From the IMG/VR virus record IMGVR_UViG_3300043811_000078: DNA of 64,000 nucleotides; one strand, 5' to 3'. Below the pieces are notes generated by a model, which saw nothing but the letters and a program-made list of their open reading frames with translations, made no database searches and was not told the origin of the DNA. How positions within the stretch are numbered: the first letter of the stretch is position 1; each line of letters starts with the position of its first letter. Both the position numbers and the translations under genes were made by a program. The DNA is from an uncultured virus (IMG/VR IMGVR_UViG_3300043811_000078) (taxonomy: Duplodnaviria > Heunggongvirae > Uroviricota > Caudoviricetes). Shown one piece after another: positions 1 through 9,690 of the stretch.

Positions 1-299
1 GCCCGCGACGGGGGCGGAAGTCGCCGCGCGGGGGAAAGCCGCGGTGCTCGCCGCGATCGAGGAGGCCCGGCACTCCGGGGAGATGCCCGTCCTCCGGGAG
101 GGTCCCTGAGCGGCGCGGGAAGCGCCGTGTTCTCCCGCGCGCCCCGCGAGGGCACCCGTCCCCCGTGCGGGACGAAAAAGGGCTACTGGGCGCACCAGAA
201 GCGCGGGGAGTCCACGGAGGGGTGCGGGTGCCGCGAGGCGCACAACGCCTACAACCGGGCGCGGTACGCGGCGAAAGCGCACAGGGAAGGGGAATCTGC

Positions 300-851
300 G
301 TGAATGACGACGTGCTCACCGGCAGCCTGGAGGCGATCGTCCCGCTGTACATCGAGGAGGTCCGGGGGCTGCCCGCTGAAATCCGGCAGCAGATCGCGAA
401 GACGTGCAGCAGCGCGGTCGGGAGCCAGGGTGACACCCTCCAGTACGGTTCGTCGGTCAGGTTCGGCCACGGCGCTAAGGAGTTGGCCGCGCATGAGGCG
501 CACCCGCCTGCCGTCACCGCCGAGGATCGTGCCGCGAGCAGGTGCCCCGTCTGTGCTCGCGGCCAGGCGACGTACAGCCCCGGCGAGGTCTTCAACTTCC
601 TCGCCCGCGGGCTCGCGGTGCTGGCCTGCCAGCCCGGCGGAGTCACGTTCGCCGGGCAGCACTGGTGCGCCTGCCCGCACCCCGGCTGCCCGCGCTGCCC
701 TGGCCAGCCCGGATGGTGCACCTGCCCAGCGGAGTCGTGGCAGCGTAACGGCTGCTACCGGGCGCATAACGGCGAATGCGGCGAGTGGGGCGACGAGAAG
801 ACGGAACTGCCGCGCAGGGTCACGACAGTCTCGACGACGGGACTCCTGTGA
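300..851 (+). CDS. Hypothetical Cys-rich phage protein; shares a domain with the N-terminus of 1297..2655
   Basis: GTG start within ORF 165..851; motif LARGLAVLACQPGGVTFAGQHWC. Confidence 0.6.
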   Translation: MNDDVLTGSLEAIVPLYIEEVRGLPAEIRQQIAKTCSSAVGSQGDTLQYGSSVRFGHGAKELAAHEAHPPAVTAEDRAASRCPVCARGQATYSPGEVFNFLARGLAVLACQPGGVTFAGQHWCACPHPGCPRCPGQPGWCTCPAESWQRNGCYRAHNGECGEWGDEKTELPRRVTTVSTTGLL

Positions 852-1300
852 TGGCTGAGCGCTGCGACCTTACTGACCTCCTCGTCGAGCAGTGCGGCCA
901 CTGCACCGGGGCCGAGGCGCGGGCCGCGCAGGAGCGTGCCGGGGACTACTGCGGATACCTGCCCGAGCAGGTGAACGTCGAGGCGTGGGAACGGGGCCTG
1001 AAGGGCCGCTGCCTGCCGTTCCTGCACAAGGAGACCGACCATGAGGATCCGCCGACGCCGCGGGAACTTCAGCGACGCCAGTTCGGCAAGGAGCGCCGCA
1101 TCCCGTCGATCGCTGCCGAGGTGCACTGGGACGCCGGCGTCCGCGACGACGGTGAGCTGGTGATGCGCCCGCCGGGACACCCGCGGTTCAGCTCCCGGAC
1201 CAGCTCCGTCGAAGTCACCTGGCTCAGGGACATCCACGGGGAGCCTCTGGACGTTCCGCCGCTCATCGATGACCTGACAATGGCTGGAGGGCTCCTGTGA
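851..1300 (+). CDS. Hypothetical protein with N-terminal RCDLTDLLVEQCGHCTG motif
   Basis: ATG overlaps the upstream stop (TGATG); paralogous N-terminus at 2652. Confidence 0.65.
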   Translation: MAERCDLTDLLVEQCGHCTGAEARAAQERAGDYCGYLPEQVNVEAWERGLKGRCLPFLHKETDHEDPPTPRELQRRQFGKERRIPSIAAEVHWDAGVRDDGELVMRPPGHPRFSSRTSSVEVTWLRDIHGEPLDVPPLIDDLTMAGGLL

Positions 1301-2655
1301 GCGAACCGCGCGGTCAGCTGCTTGTCCTCCGGCTAGCAGACGACCCTCTTGCCAGCGCCGGAGACCCCGACCTGATCGCCATCCGCGAGGACTTCGGCGA
1401 GCGCCTGGAAGCGGCCGTGGAGAAGGCCACAGCGTCCGGCGTGTCAGCGGATGATCTCAGCGGAGATGCCGACATCATCGCGTGCTCCGCCGACAAGGCC
1501 ATTTTCGGTGAGACCAGCGACGGGGAAGCGGTGCTGACAGCGATGGCCCGGGTGCTGGCAGTCCTGGCCACCTGCCCGCGGGGCATCGACTTCGCCGGGC
1601 GCCACTGGTGTGCGGCGCACGACACCAGGTGCTGCGTCACGGAGGCGGCGGCTGCCGGGGCAGTGTGCAGTGACCTGGGAACCCGCTACCTCCGGAAGAA
1701 GACCGGCTCCTTCTACACCAACCCCGAGCTAGTCGACCGTCTGCTCCAGACCACCCTCTTGCCGCAGATCCTGGAGGCGCTGACCGCCGACGGCGGCGTC
1801 CGCGACGCGCCGCTGGTGAGCAGCGGCAACGGAACGCGATATACGGCCCCCCGGATAATGCCGGGCACCCCGGAAGAAGCGTTCCAGGAGCTGACTGTCT
1901 GCGACCCGGCGTGCGGGGCCGGGATCTTCCCGCTCCGGGCAGCCCGCCTCATCGCCTGGCACCTCGCGATGTTCCGGGCAGGCCACGACCGCAGCATCGA
2001 AGAAGAACTTCCCAGAGCCCGGCGCGACGTGATTACGGAGCTGATCCACGCCGTCGACCTGAATCCGCTTACGGTCGACCTCACCCGCCTGGTCCTGGCC
2101 GCCGAAGCCTACGTTCCCGGGCTCCCCAGCCCGTACCTGGGGCATCACGTCAAGTGCGGCAATGCCCTGATCGGGTCCACGCCCGCGCTGCTGGCCAAGG
2201 GCATCCCCGACAAGGCGTACACGGTCATCGGAGGGGACCGCCGGGAGCTCGTCACGGCAGCGCGGCGCAAGAACAAGGCAGAGCGGCAGGCGATGCTGAA
2301 CGGGCTGCCGGCCGCCATGGACGCGCCGGCAAGGATGGACGAGGCACGCGCTTGCGCGCTCGCCGCTCCTACTCCGGCGATAGCGCACCGGATACTCGAG
2401 GACGCGGCCCCGGTGCGACTCGCCAAGCGTGTCGCCGACGCATGGTGCGCGGCATTCATGTGGCCTCACGACGGGAACGCCGAGCCCGTGACCACGGGGA
2501 CGCTCCTGCACATCGCCGCCGGAGGGCAGCTGTCCCCGGAAGCTGAAGCCGTTCTCGCGGACCTGAAACGGCAGCACCAGTTCTTCCACTGGCACCTGGA
2601 ATTCCCCGGCATCTTCAAGGCGCTTGCGTGCGGCCGGGATGGGGAGGCGGCATGA
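1297..2655 (+). CDS. Truncated N6-adenine DNA methyltransferase-like protein (type IIG/Eco57I-like N-terminal half)
   Basis: RKKTGSFYT, VCDPACGAGIF (motif I), AVDLNP, VKCGNAL, FFHWHLEFP; ends before any NPP(Y/W) motif. Confidence 0.75.
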   Translation: MSEPRGQLLVLRLADDPLASAGDPDLIAIREDFGERLEAAVEKATASGVSADDLSGDADIIACSADKAIFGETSDGEAVLTAMARVLAVLATCPRGIDFAGRHWCAAHDTRCCVTEAAAAGAVCSDLGTRYLRKKTGSFYTNPELVDRLLQTTLLPQILEALTADGGVRDAPLVSSGNGTRYTAPRIMPGTPEEAFQELTVCDPACGAGIFPLRAARLIAWHLAMFRAGHDRSIEEELPRARRDVITELIHAVDLNPLTVDLTRLVLAAEAYVPGLPSPYLGHHVKCGNALIGSTPALLAKGIPDKAYTVIGGDRRELVTAARRKNKAERQAMLNGLPAAMDAPARMDEARACALAAPTPAIAHRILEDAAPVRLAKRVADAWCAAFMWPHDGNAEPVTTGTLLHIAAGGQLSPEAEAVLADLKRQHQFFHWHLEFPGIFKALACGRDGEAA

Positions 2656-2885
2656 CGGTGCGCTGCGACCTCACAGACCTCCTGGTAGATCAGTGCGGCC
2701 ACTGCACCGGAGCGGAGAAGAGGCTTGAGAAGGAGTCCGCCGAACCCGGCGTTTACGGTCCCTGGATCACTGCGGGCCATCCCGGCATGTGCTCCGGGTG
2801 CTGGGAGGACATCAAGGCCGGTGACCAGATCCGCGCCGATGGTGACGGCTGCTGGCTGTGCGCCGAGTGCGGAAGTGCTCCGTGA
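2652..2885 (+). CDS. Small Cys-rich protein
   Basis: ATGA overlap; RCDLTDLLVDQCGHCTG and CxxC pairs. Confidence 0.6.
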   Translation: MTVRCDLTDLLVDQCGHCTGAEKRLEKESAEPGVYGPWITAGHPGMCSGCWEDIKAGDQIRADGDGCWLCAECGSAP

Positions 2886-3203
2886 CTCCCGCCGACCGTG
2901 CATGGCGGCGCCTGAACGCGCGGGGAGTCGCCCGCATCCACCAGGGCGGCGACGGCCCGCTGGTCCTGTGGTGGCCGCGTGGCCAGTTCGGCAACCCGTT
3001 CTGCGGCAGGAGCTTCGGCGGCGAGACGCTGGAAGAGGTCCTCGTCCGCGCCGAGGAGAAGACCCGGCCGCCGTCGATGAGCATCGAGGACCTGGCGTGG
3101 CGCAGGCAGTGCGAGCGGGGGCGGGAGGCGCGGAAGCTTGCCGAGGTCGTGCCCGACGGGTCGTTCAGGCCGTGAGCGGGGAGCGCGGGCAGGCGTGAAC
3201 GGG

Positions 3204-3401
3204 CTAGGCGGCGGGAGGCTGACGTGGAGGGCGCTCGGGGAGCTTCGCACCGGGATGCCGCAGGTACCAGCGCAGGAACTGCGTGATCACGTCGGTGATG
3301 GTCTGCCCTTGGGTCTTGGCACTGGCGAGCGCCGGCTTCCATACCTCGTCGACGACGCGGAGGTTGCGGTTGGGCGTCTTGCCTGTCGGCGGTCTGGGCA
3401 C
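3204..3401 (-). CDS. Ribbon-helix-helix-like small regulator
   Basis: GKTPNRNLRVVDEVWKPALASAKTQGQTITDVITQFLRWYL: beta strand plus two helices pattern. Confidence 0.6.
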   Translation of the reverse strand: MPRPPTGKTPNRNLRVVDEVWKPALASAKTQGQTITDVITQFLRWYLRHPGAKLPERPPRQPPAA

Positions 3402-3446
3402 CGGCTGATTATCGCACGTGTACTTACGGGAATCCATCATCACCCC

Positions 3447-3486
3447 TTGACTTGTACTTACACTTACATGCTAAAGTGTAAGTACA
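3447..3486 (+). promoter_or_regulatory. Promoter/operator with 13-bp perfect inverted repeat
   Basis: TGTACTTACACTT (3453-3465) and AAGTGTAAGTACA (3474-3486); TTGACT and TGcTAAAGT; extra TGTACTTAC at 3419. Confidence 0.65.
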
Positions 3487-3509
3487 GAAACGACAAGGGG
3501 AGGGCAGCG

Positions 3510-3911
3510 ATGACCACCGGTACCACCGCCAGCCACGAGGCCAGGTGCCTGCGCTGCGGCCGGAAAATCCGGTCCGCCGGATCGGTCGCCGCGGGCTACG
3601 GCCCCGGCTGCCGCGCCCGCATCCGCCGAGAGGCCCGCGAGCACGCCCTCGACGGCCTGAACGACACGCAGCGGGAGAAGGCACTGGATCTCGTCGCCGA
3701 CAAGGCCGTCATCCGCTCAGCCCGTCCCGGCGTGTGGCTGGTCCCCTCCGGTGACCGGACCTACAAGATCCACGAGTCCGGCATCTGCACCTGCCCGTGG
3801 GGTGTCCGCCGGTCCAGCGCGACCGTCAAGCCCTGCGCGCACATCGGCGCGGTGCGGCTCATGGCGATCCCGGCGCGGCGGGTCCGCCGCTCGATGACGA
3901 AGGCGGCCTGA
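3510..3911 (+). CDS. DUF6011-like CxxC protein with C-terminal SWIM zinc finger
   Basis: CLRCGRKIRSAGSVAAGYGPGC; CTCP...CAH; RBS GGGAGG. Confidence 0.65.
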   Translation: MTTGTTASHEARCLRCGRKIRSAGSVAAGYGPGCRARIRREAREHALDGLNDTQREKALDLVADKAVIRSARPGVWLVPSGDRTYKIHESGICTCPWGVRRSSATVKPCAHIGAVRLMAIPARRVRRSMTKAA

Positions 3912-3913
3912 CA

Positions 3914-4228
3914 ATGACCTTGACAGTTACCGACCTCAGCGTTCCCGCCTACCAGGGTCCCGGTACCGGCATCTCGGACACCTGCGGACTCTGCCGCAAG
4001 ACGTTCGACCTGATGTACGAGCCCGGCCAGTACCCGAGGCTCGCCAACGACATGGACGAGCCCGGAGAGCTGATCTGCGACGCCTGCCAGGACGAGGTGG
4101 ACGCCGAGCGGCCCGACCCCCTCGCCCCCCTCCGTGCCGCCGCGACCGCCGCAGGCATCACCGCAACCTCACCCGGCCAGCTCGACGACGAGGGCGAGCG
4201 GCTGGCCCGGCAGGAAAGGCAGAACTGA
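3914..4228 (+). CDS. Hypothetical protein (two CxxC)
   Basis: ATG 2 nt after the upstream stop; GC3-biased codons. Confidence 0.55.
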   Translation: MTLTVTDLSVPAYQGPGTGISDTCGLCRKTFDLMYEPGQYPRLANDMDEPGELICDACQDEVDAERPDPLAPLRAAATAAGITATSPGQLDDEGERLARQERQN

Positions 4229-4230
4229 CC

Positions 4231-4653
4231 ATGACCAACTCCGACCCGAACGCCCACGTCAAGATCGGCACCCTGACCGGCTTCGAGGGAACCGAGGTCA
4301 CGGTCCGCCGTGACTACACGACCCTGGAACTGCCCTCGGTGCAGATCGAACGGGACCAGTTCCCGGCCCTCCGCAAGATCCTCGACGACGCGGAAGCGGC
4401 CATCATCGCCTGCGAGCAGGAGATGGCAGAGGACGGCGATGGCGGCGACGAGGACGGCGAGACACCGCGCGACAGTCTCGTCGAATGGTACGAAGCCCGC
4501 GGCCACCTGCCGTCCGAGGCCCGCGATGCGGCGGCATTCCAGCGAGTCGGCTACGACGAGACGCCGGCGTTCCTGAGGGGCAACCCCGGGCATTGCGGCA
4601 CGCGCACCGGATCATCGCGTGGCGCAAGCGGATGCTGGAGGGCTGACCGGTGA
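4231..4653 (+). CDS. Hypothetical protein, possibly frameshifted near 4560
   Basis: RBS GAAAGG; C-terminus reads better in an alternative frame. Confidence 0.55.
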   Translation: MTNSDPNAHVKIGTLTGFEGTEVTVRRDYTTLELPSVQIERDQFPALRKILDDAEAAIIACEQEMAEDGDGGDEDGETPRDSLVEWYEARGHLPSEARDAAAFQRVGYDETPAFLRGNPGHCGTRTGSSRGASGCWRADR

Positions 4654-5036
4654 CTGCGGTGATCATCAACCCCGGCTCCCGCATCGGGGAACCGGGTGAC
4701 GGGTGGGCGAACACGTACGCCACGGCCCGCGCCACGGCAGAGGAGTGGCTCGCCGCGATGCACGCCGAGGGGCTGACCGGCGTCACGCTGCTGGATGGCG
4801 GCGAGGACCACGGCGACGGGCGATGGGGATTCACCTTCCGCCATGAGGTCACCGGAGCGTCTGTCCGCCTGGACACGCACGGCATCGACAACCTTGACGC
4901 CTATGAGCGCAAGCACCTGTTCGCGCCCCGCGTCTACTGGAACGGCTCCAGTTGCTCCAATCCCGAGCTGGAGGACTTCGCCGCTCCCGGCTTCGTGCCG
5001 GTCCGCACGTTCGCGCCCGAGACAAAGGAGGGCTGA
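4650..5036 (+). CDS. Hypothetical phage protein
   Basis: Operonic GTGA overlap; codon bias. Confidence 0.6.
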   Translation: MTAVIINPGSRIGEPGDGWANTYATARATAEEWLAAMHAEGLTGVTLLDGGEDHGDGRWGFTFRHEVTGASVRLDTHGIDNLDAYERKHLFAPRVYWNGSSCSNPELEDFAAPGFVPVRTFAPETKEG

Positions 5037-5039
5037 CTC

Positions 5040-5216
5040 ATGGCACCTCGCCTCCGCATCTCCCAGTCCTTCGGCTTCGGCCCGTTCCGCTTCCGTGTCT
5101 CCGTCCCCCTCGGCAAAGGCCGTACCTGGGTGGGTGCCGGCACAAGGGACGGGATCGGCCGCCTCGGCGTGTCGGCCCCCGTTGGCAAGCGTGGCGGAAG
5201 GAGGCGGTCGCGGTGA
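5040..5216 (+). CDS. Small basic protein (58 aa)
   Basis: RBS AAGGAGG; MAPRLRISQSFGFGPFRFRVS; below the ORF track cutoff. Confidence 0.5.
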   Translation: MAPRLRISQSFGFGPFRFRVSVPLGKGRTWVGAGTRDGIGRLGVSAPVGKRGGRRRSR

Positions 5217-5563
5217 CTGCCGAGACGCCCGCTCCGGAGCTGCCCGGCGATGCAGTGCCCCGCCGCTGGTGGGACTCGATCCGCTCCGAGATGGACGCCC
5301 TCGTTCTCGCGGGCGCGTCGGCGAGCGAGTTCGCGCTCGGCGCGAAGGCCTACCGCGACGCGAAGGCGCGGGAGAAGCACGCCCGCTACACGCTGGCCCG
5401 GATGAACGAGTTGGAGCACGGCATGACGCTTGAGGCTGCGCTCGGCGAGCAGGAGGCAGCCGCGAAGGGGGGCCGAGAAGGTGGCGGGGTCGCCCGCAGG
5501 GCGCGCGGCGACCAGGTGGATAGCGACATGAGGCCCGAGGGGAGAGCCGATGTGGACCGATAA
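5213..5563 (+). CDS. Hypothetical protein
   Basis: GTG start with RBS AAGGAGG, overlapping the upstream stop. Confidence 0.5.
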   Translation: MTAETPAPELPGDAVPRRWWDSIRSEMDALVLAGASASEFALGAKAYRDAKAREKHARYTLARMNELEHGMTLEAALGEQEAAAKGGREGGGVARRARGDQVDSDMRPEGRADVDR

Positions 5564-5677
5564 GTGGTGCTTCACCTGCTCGCACGAGATCAAGCAGACC
5601 TGGGACGGCTGGGTACACAACGACGAGGACGACCTCGATGGCTGCATGTGCATCGAGGATGGCGAGAAATGCGCGCC

Positions 5678-6037
5678 GTGACCGCCCCCACCCACTACCC
5701 CTCCGGCCCCGCAGAGGTCATCACCGTCCGGGGGGACCTCGACGCCGGAACCGCCCCGGCCCTCCGGACCCTGACCATCAGCCTGATAGCCGCAGGCCGG
5801 CACTTCCTCGTCCTGGACCTGTCAGCTGTCCCGTACGCGGACTCCATCGGCCTCGGCGTCATCGTCGGGGCGCTCAGCCGCGCCCGCAGGCATGACGGAG
5901 GGGTCACCCTGGTGATACGGGAGGGCTCGCACCTGGCGGCCATGTTCGCCGCCAGCGGGCTGGAGAGGGTCTTCATGATCCGCGCGACCGTTGAAGAGGC
6001 GGTCGCTGAGCTGACCGTCATGGAGGGAGAGGAGTGA
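5678..6037 (+). CDS. STAS-domain anti-sigma factor antagonist
   Basis: VRGDLDAGTAPALR...LVLDLSAVPYADSIGLGVIV...GLERVF. Confidence 0.9.
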   Translation: MTAPTHYPSGPAEVITVRGDLDAGTAPALRTLTISLIAAGRHFLVLDLSAVPYADSIGLGVIVGALSRARRHDGGVTLVIREGSHLAAMFAASGLERVFMIRATVEEAVAELTVMEGEE

Positions 6038-6040
6038 ACG

Positions 6041-6325
6041 GTGAGCACCGGTTACGACGATGACGGCGATGACCACTACGAGGAATACAAAGACAGCGTG
6101 GCGATGGGTTACATCAACCCGGACGGTACTCAGCGCGAACCACCCGAACCCGACTGGGACGCGATCGGGTACGCGAAGCACTGCGACGAAGCCCACTTCG
6201 GTGCGGCGTGTGACTGCCCGCCCCCGTCTCAGGCTGAGATCGACGCGGAGTGGGCTGCCGTGGCAGAACGCCACCGCGCCAATGTTCATGACGGCGGCGA
6301 ATGCGACTGTGAATCGCCGTTCTGA
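6041..6325 (+). CDS. Acidic hypothetical protein
   Basis: RBS GAGGAG; operonic. Confidence 0.55.
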   Translation: MSTGYDDDGDDHYEEYKDSVAMGYINPDGTQREPPEPDWDAIGYAKHCDEAHFGAACDCPPPSQAEIDAEWAAVAERHRANVHDGGECDCESPF

Positions 6326-6344
6326 CGGCGGGAGAGGACTAGCG

Positions 6345-6878
6345 ATGGATAACAACAAGGTGGCCGAGATCGGCCCAGAAGATCTCGCTAAGGGTCTCCG
6401 GGGCTGGGTGCGCGGCAGGACAGACCATGAGCGGGCAGCCGTCGAGTTGCTGATCTGGCATTCGACGTGGCTGCGGCGTCCTGACTTCAAAGGTGCGTGC
6501 ATCACCCAGTACGCGCCGGGCCTTATCGCCCGGATCAACTGGGAGGAGGCCCGCGAGTTCATCGACTGCGGCTACCGGCGCAAAGGCCAGGATCGGCCGC
6601 TGCCTGCTGCCTCCTCAGAGCTGCGCATCCTTGATTTCGCTGTGGCGCTGGGGGAGGACCAGTTCGCGTTGGGCGGTTTCGGTCGTGCGCATAAACGTGC
6701 TGTGGCGCAGGCGTTCGCGTCGGCGGCCGGCCTGGGGCTTGAACCACCGGTCCCCGAGGCCGGTCACAGTCACCCGGATTTCATCCCCGGTGACCCGGCA
6801 ACCTGTCACCGGTGCGCGCTGGATGCTGGAGATGAGGGGCGCGTCCTCCCTGGAACCGAGGTAGATGATGACTGTTAA
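6345..6878 (+). CDS. Hypothetical phage protein
   Basis: RBS GGAGAGG; AAVELLIWHSTWLRRPDF. Confidence 0.6.
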   Translation: MDNNKVAEIGPEDLAKGLRGWVRGRTDHERAAVELLIWHSTWLRRPDFKGACITQYAPGLIARINWEEAREFIDCGYRRKGQDRPLPAASSELRILDFAVALGEDQFALGGFGRAHKRAVAQAFASAAGLGLEPPVPEAGHSHPDFIPGDPATCHRCALDAGDEGRVLPGTEVDDDC

Positions 6879-7239
6879 AACCCTCACCTGGGATTACCGG
6901 GAGCAGCCGGACCTTGCCGCCCTGGCTGCCGCTGTGGCGGAAGTATCAGGCGGTACCGTCCGCATCCGCGAGATCGAGACGGGCAGCGACCAGTACGAGA
7001 TCGTCATCGAGCGCTCCGATCCTGCTGCGCCGCCTGAGCGCCCCTATTACGTGGTCGCCGTGATCGGCGCGGCCAGCGGACAGATAGAAGACCTGCTCGC
7101 CTCCCAGGTGCTGCACTTCAACCCGGAGGACGCCGGCTGGGAACGGGACCTCCACACCGACAAGGCCGACCAGGCGGGACGCCGTGACCGGTACATCGTG
7201 TGCGAGGTCAGGCCCGTGAAGGAGGACGATCATGGCTGA
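6865..7239 (+). CDS. Hypothetical protein
   Basis: Operonic overlap. Confidence 0.55.
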   Translation: MMTVKTLTWDYREQPDLAALAAAVAEVSGGTVRIREIETGSDQYEIVIERSDPAAPPERPYYVVAVIGAASGQIEDLLASQVLHFNPEDAGWERDLHTDKADQAGRRDRYIVCEVRPVKEDDHG

Positions 7240-7630
7240 CGACGATCCTGTGCGCCTGGAGCTGGACGAGATCCGCGACCGCGCCGCGCTCGCCTACGCA
7301 AGCCCGAAGGGGATGGCTGAATCCGGGGCCGACGTGCCTCGCCTCGTGGAGACGATCACTGCTCTCCTCGACGACCACAAGCCGGTACCGCTGTACGCTG
7401 CCGGGCCGCGCGACAAGCCTTGCGACTGCGGTCATGACTTCGACGCGGGCTGCCACGACGAGGGCGGCAACGGAGACAGCCTGTGCCTATGCCAGCCTGA
7501 GGGTTTCGCCTGCGGGTGGTGCCGGGAGAACCTGATAGACCCGACGGATGCGGAGGAATGGCCGTGCAATACCTACACGATTGCGGCGAAGGCACTCTTC
7601 GGAGAGGAGGTTCGTGATGGCCAAGCTTAA
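7232..7630 (+). CDS. Cys-rich hypothetical protein
   Basis: RBS AAGGAGG; C-terminal WPCNT motif. Confidence 0.6.
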   Translation: MADDDPVRLELDEIRDRAALAYASPKGMAESGADVPRLVETITALLDDHKPVPLYAAGPRDKPCDCGHDFDAGCHDEGGNGDSLCLCQPEGFACGWCRENLIDPTDAEEWPCNTYTIAAKALFGEEVRDGQA

Positions 7631-8060
7631 TGCCGCCGCAAAGGCCGCCCTCCGTGATGCTGGTTTCACCCCGGCCCAGTGGGCGGTCATGTGGGGCTAC
7701 CGGGGTGAGTGGGGCGGTGACGCCTGCGGGTGTCTCGATGACCGCTGCGCGAACGGGTTCCACCATATGGGGGCCAGTGACTGCGGGTGCCTGGAGAGCA
7801 TGCTTGACGATGCCGTGGCGTGGCGGAATGCGGTGAGAGAACCCAACCGGGTCGGCTTGGTTGCCCCGTTCGGCCTGTACCGGTGGGTGACGGTGAGCAC
7901 TCCCGGTGTCCTGGCTACCGTGTCAGCGACCTCCGGCCAGCCCGGCCCGGAGGAGAGCATGATCAGGGTCGAGGCCCGCGAAGGCTGGAATGCCACCGTG
8001 GGTGAGGAAGAAGGACAGATAGTGGTCCGGCTTGTGAAGGTATCACCAGCCGCCCATTGA
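7617..8060 (+). CDS. Hypothetical protein
   Basis: RBS GAGGAGG; overlap with the upstream gene. Confidence 0.55.
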   Translation: MAKLNAAAKAALRDAGFTPAQWAVMWGYRGEWGGDACGCLDDRCANGFHHMGASDCGCLESMLDDAVAWRNAVREPNRVGLVAPFGLYRWVTVSTPGVLATVSATSGQPGPEESMIRVEAREGWNATVGEEEGQIVVRLVKVSPAAH

Positions 8061-8177
8061 GATCGGGACCGACCTGGCCCCGCGATGAGATCACGGCCCG
8101 CTTGTCATCAACGGGCCGGAGAAGCTGAGGTCCATCGCGTCAAGCTGCCGGAATCTGCCGAATCTGCCAGAACCCCC

Positions 8178-8220
8178 TTGAGACAGGTTCACATGTGAAC
8201 TAGTATACAAGTGAACTAGT
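8178..8220 (+). promoter_or_regulatory. Sigma70-type promoter with palindromic operator
   Basis: TTGAGA-N17-TAGTAT; palindrome GTTCACATGTGAAC; GTGAACTAGT twice. Confidence 0.6.
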
Positions 8221-8240
8221 CGAGCGGACGGAGCCGCGCA

Positions 8241-8777
<537 letters not shown>

Positions 8778-9322
8778 ATCTCGGCCGCCACGTCTAGACC
8801 CAGGCGTGCCGCGACGCCCGGCACCGCGCTATCCTAGCCGCAAGCCGCAGTGAGTACCGGATGACACCGGGAGGGGCTACGGACAGCGCGGGAACCGCAG
8901 GGCAAGCACCGGACCTCGGGACGGAGAGGCTAGCCCGAGCACAGCGCACCGGGCTAAACCCGCCCGCCAAGACCGTATGCACGCCCGGCGCCAGGCATGG
9001 CGCGGACAGCCCGGCGGAAGGTCAGCCGCCGGACGGGACCGGCGGATGCCCGGCAATAACTTCACGCAGGGGGGCTGATCACCCGACGCCGCGCCCCGCC
9101 CCCGTCCGCTTAGGTCATGTGGCACTGGCTCACCCGCGGCTTCGGCTACCTCACCCTCGGCCCGTCGCCGCGCCTGCGCAGGATGCGCGAAGAACAGGAA
9201 GCCGCGATGCGCAGCGCACGACCGGGCGAGCCGCTCCCGCCGCTGCCGGACAGCGCCTACCCGCCCGGCGCGGTGCCGCCCGGCACCTCCGGGATTCCGA
9301 CGCTTCCCCCTCGGCGACATCT

Positions 9323-9586
9323 TTAACTCATCATCGCGACACCGGACGGCCCGTCCGGCGCGAGAGCCACCACCGGCACGGACACGTCCCCGCTGTGAAC
9401 TACCGGGGACCCGGCGAGATGAGTCACGCCGGTCAGCGCCCAGGCCGGGACGATGAACGCCACCGCGCCCTCCGGCACGCCGAACGCGGCCACCATCCTG
9501 TCCCGCCACGCGAGCAGGCTCCCCGCGAGGCTCTGGTCCGCGAGCCGGGCGACGAGACCGAGCGTGCGCAGGTCGATCGTCGTCAT
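9323..9586 (-). CDS. Hypothetical protein
   Basis: MTTIDLRTLGLV; converges on ORF 9117..9326. Confidence 0.45.
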   Translation of the reverse strand: MTTIDLRTLGLVARLADQSLAGSLLAWRDRMVAAFGVPEGAVAFIVPAWALTGVTHLAGSPVVHSGDVSVPVVALAPDGPSGVAMMS

Positions 9587-9690
9587 GTGCTGACCGTACA
9601 GCGCGCGGGGTAATACTGTCCCGTGCCGCCGCCCGCGCTCGAGCGGGCGATGGAGCCGCGCGGGGCGTTCGAACGGGACCGCGCATGCCG

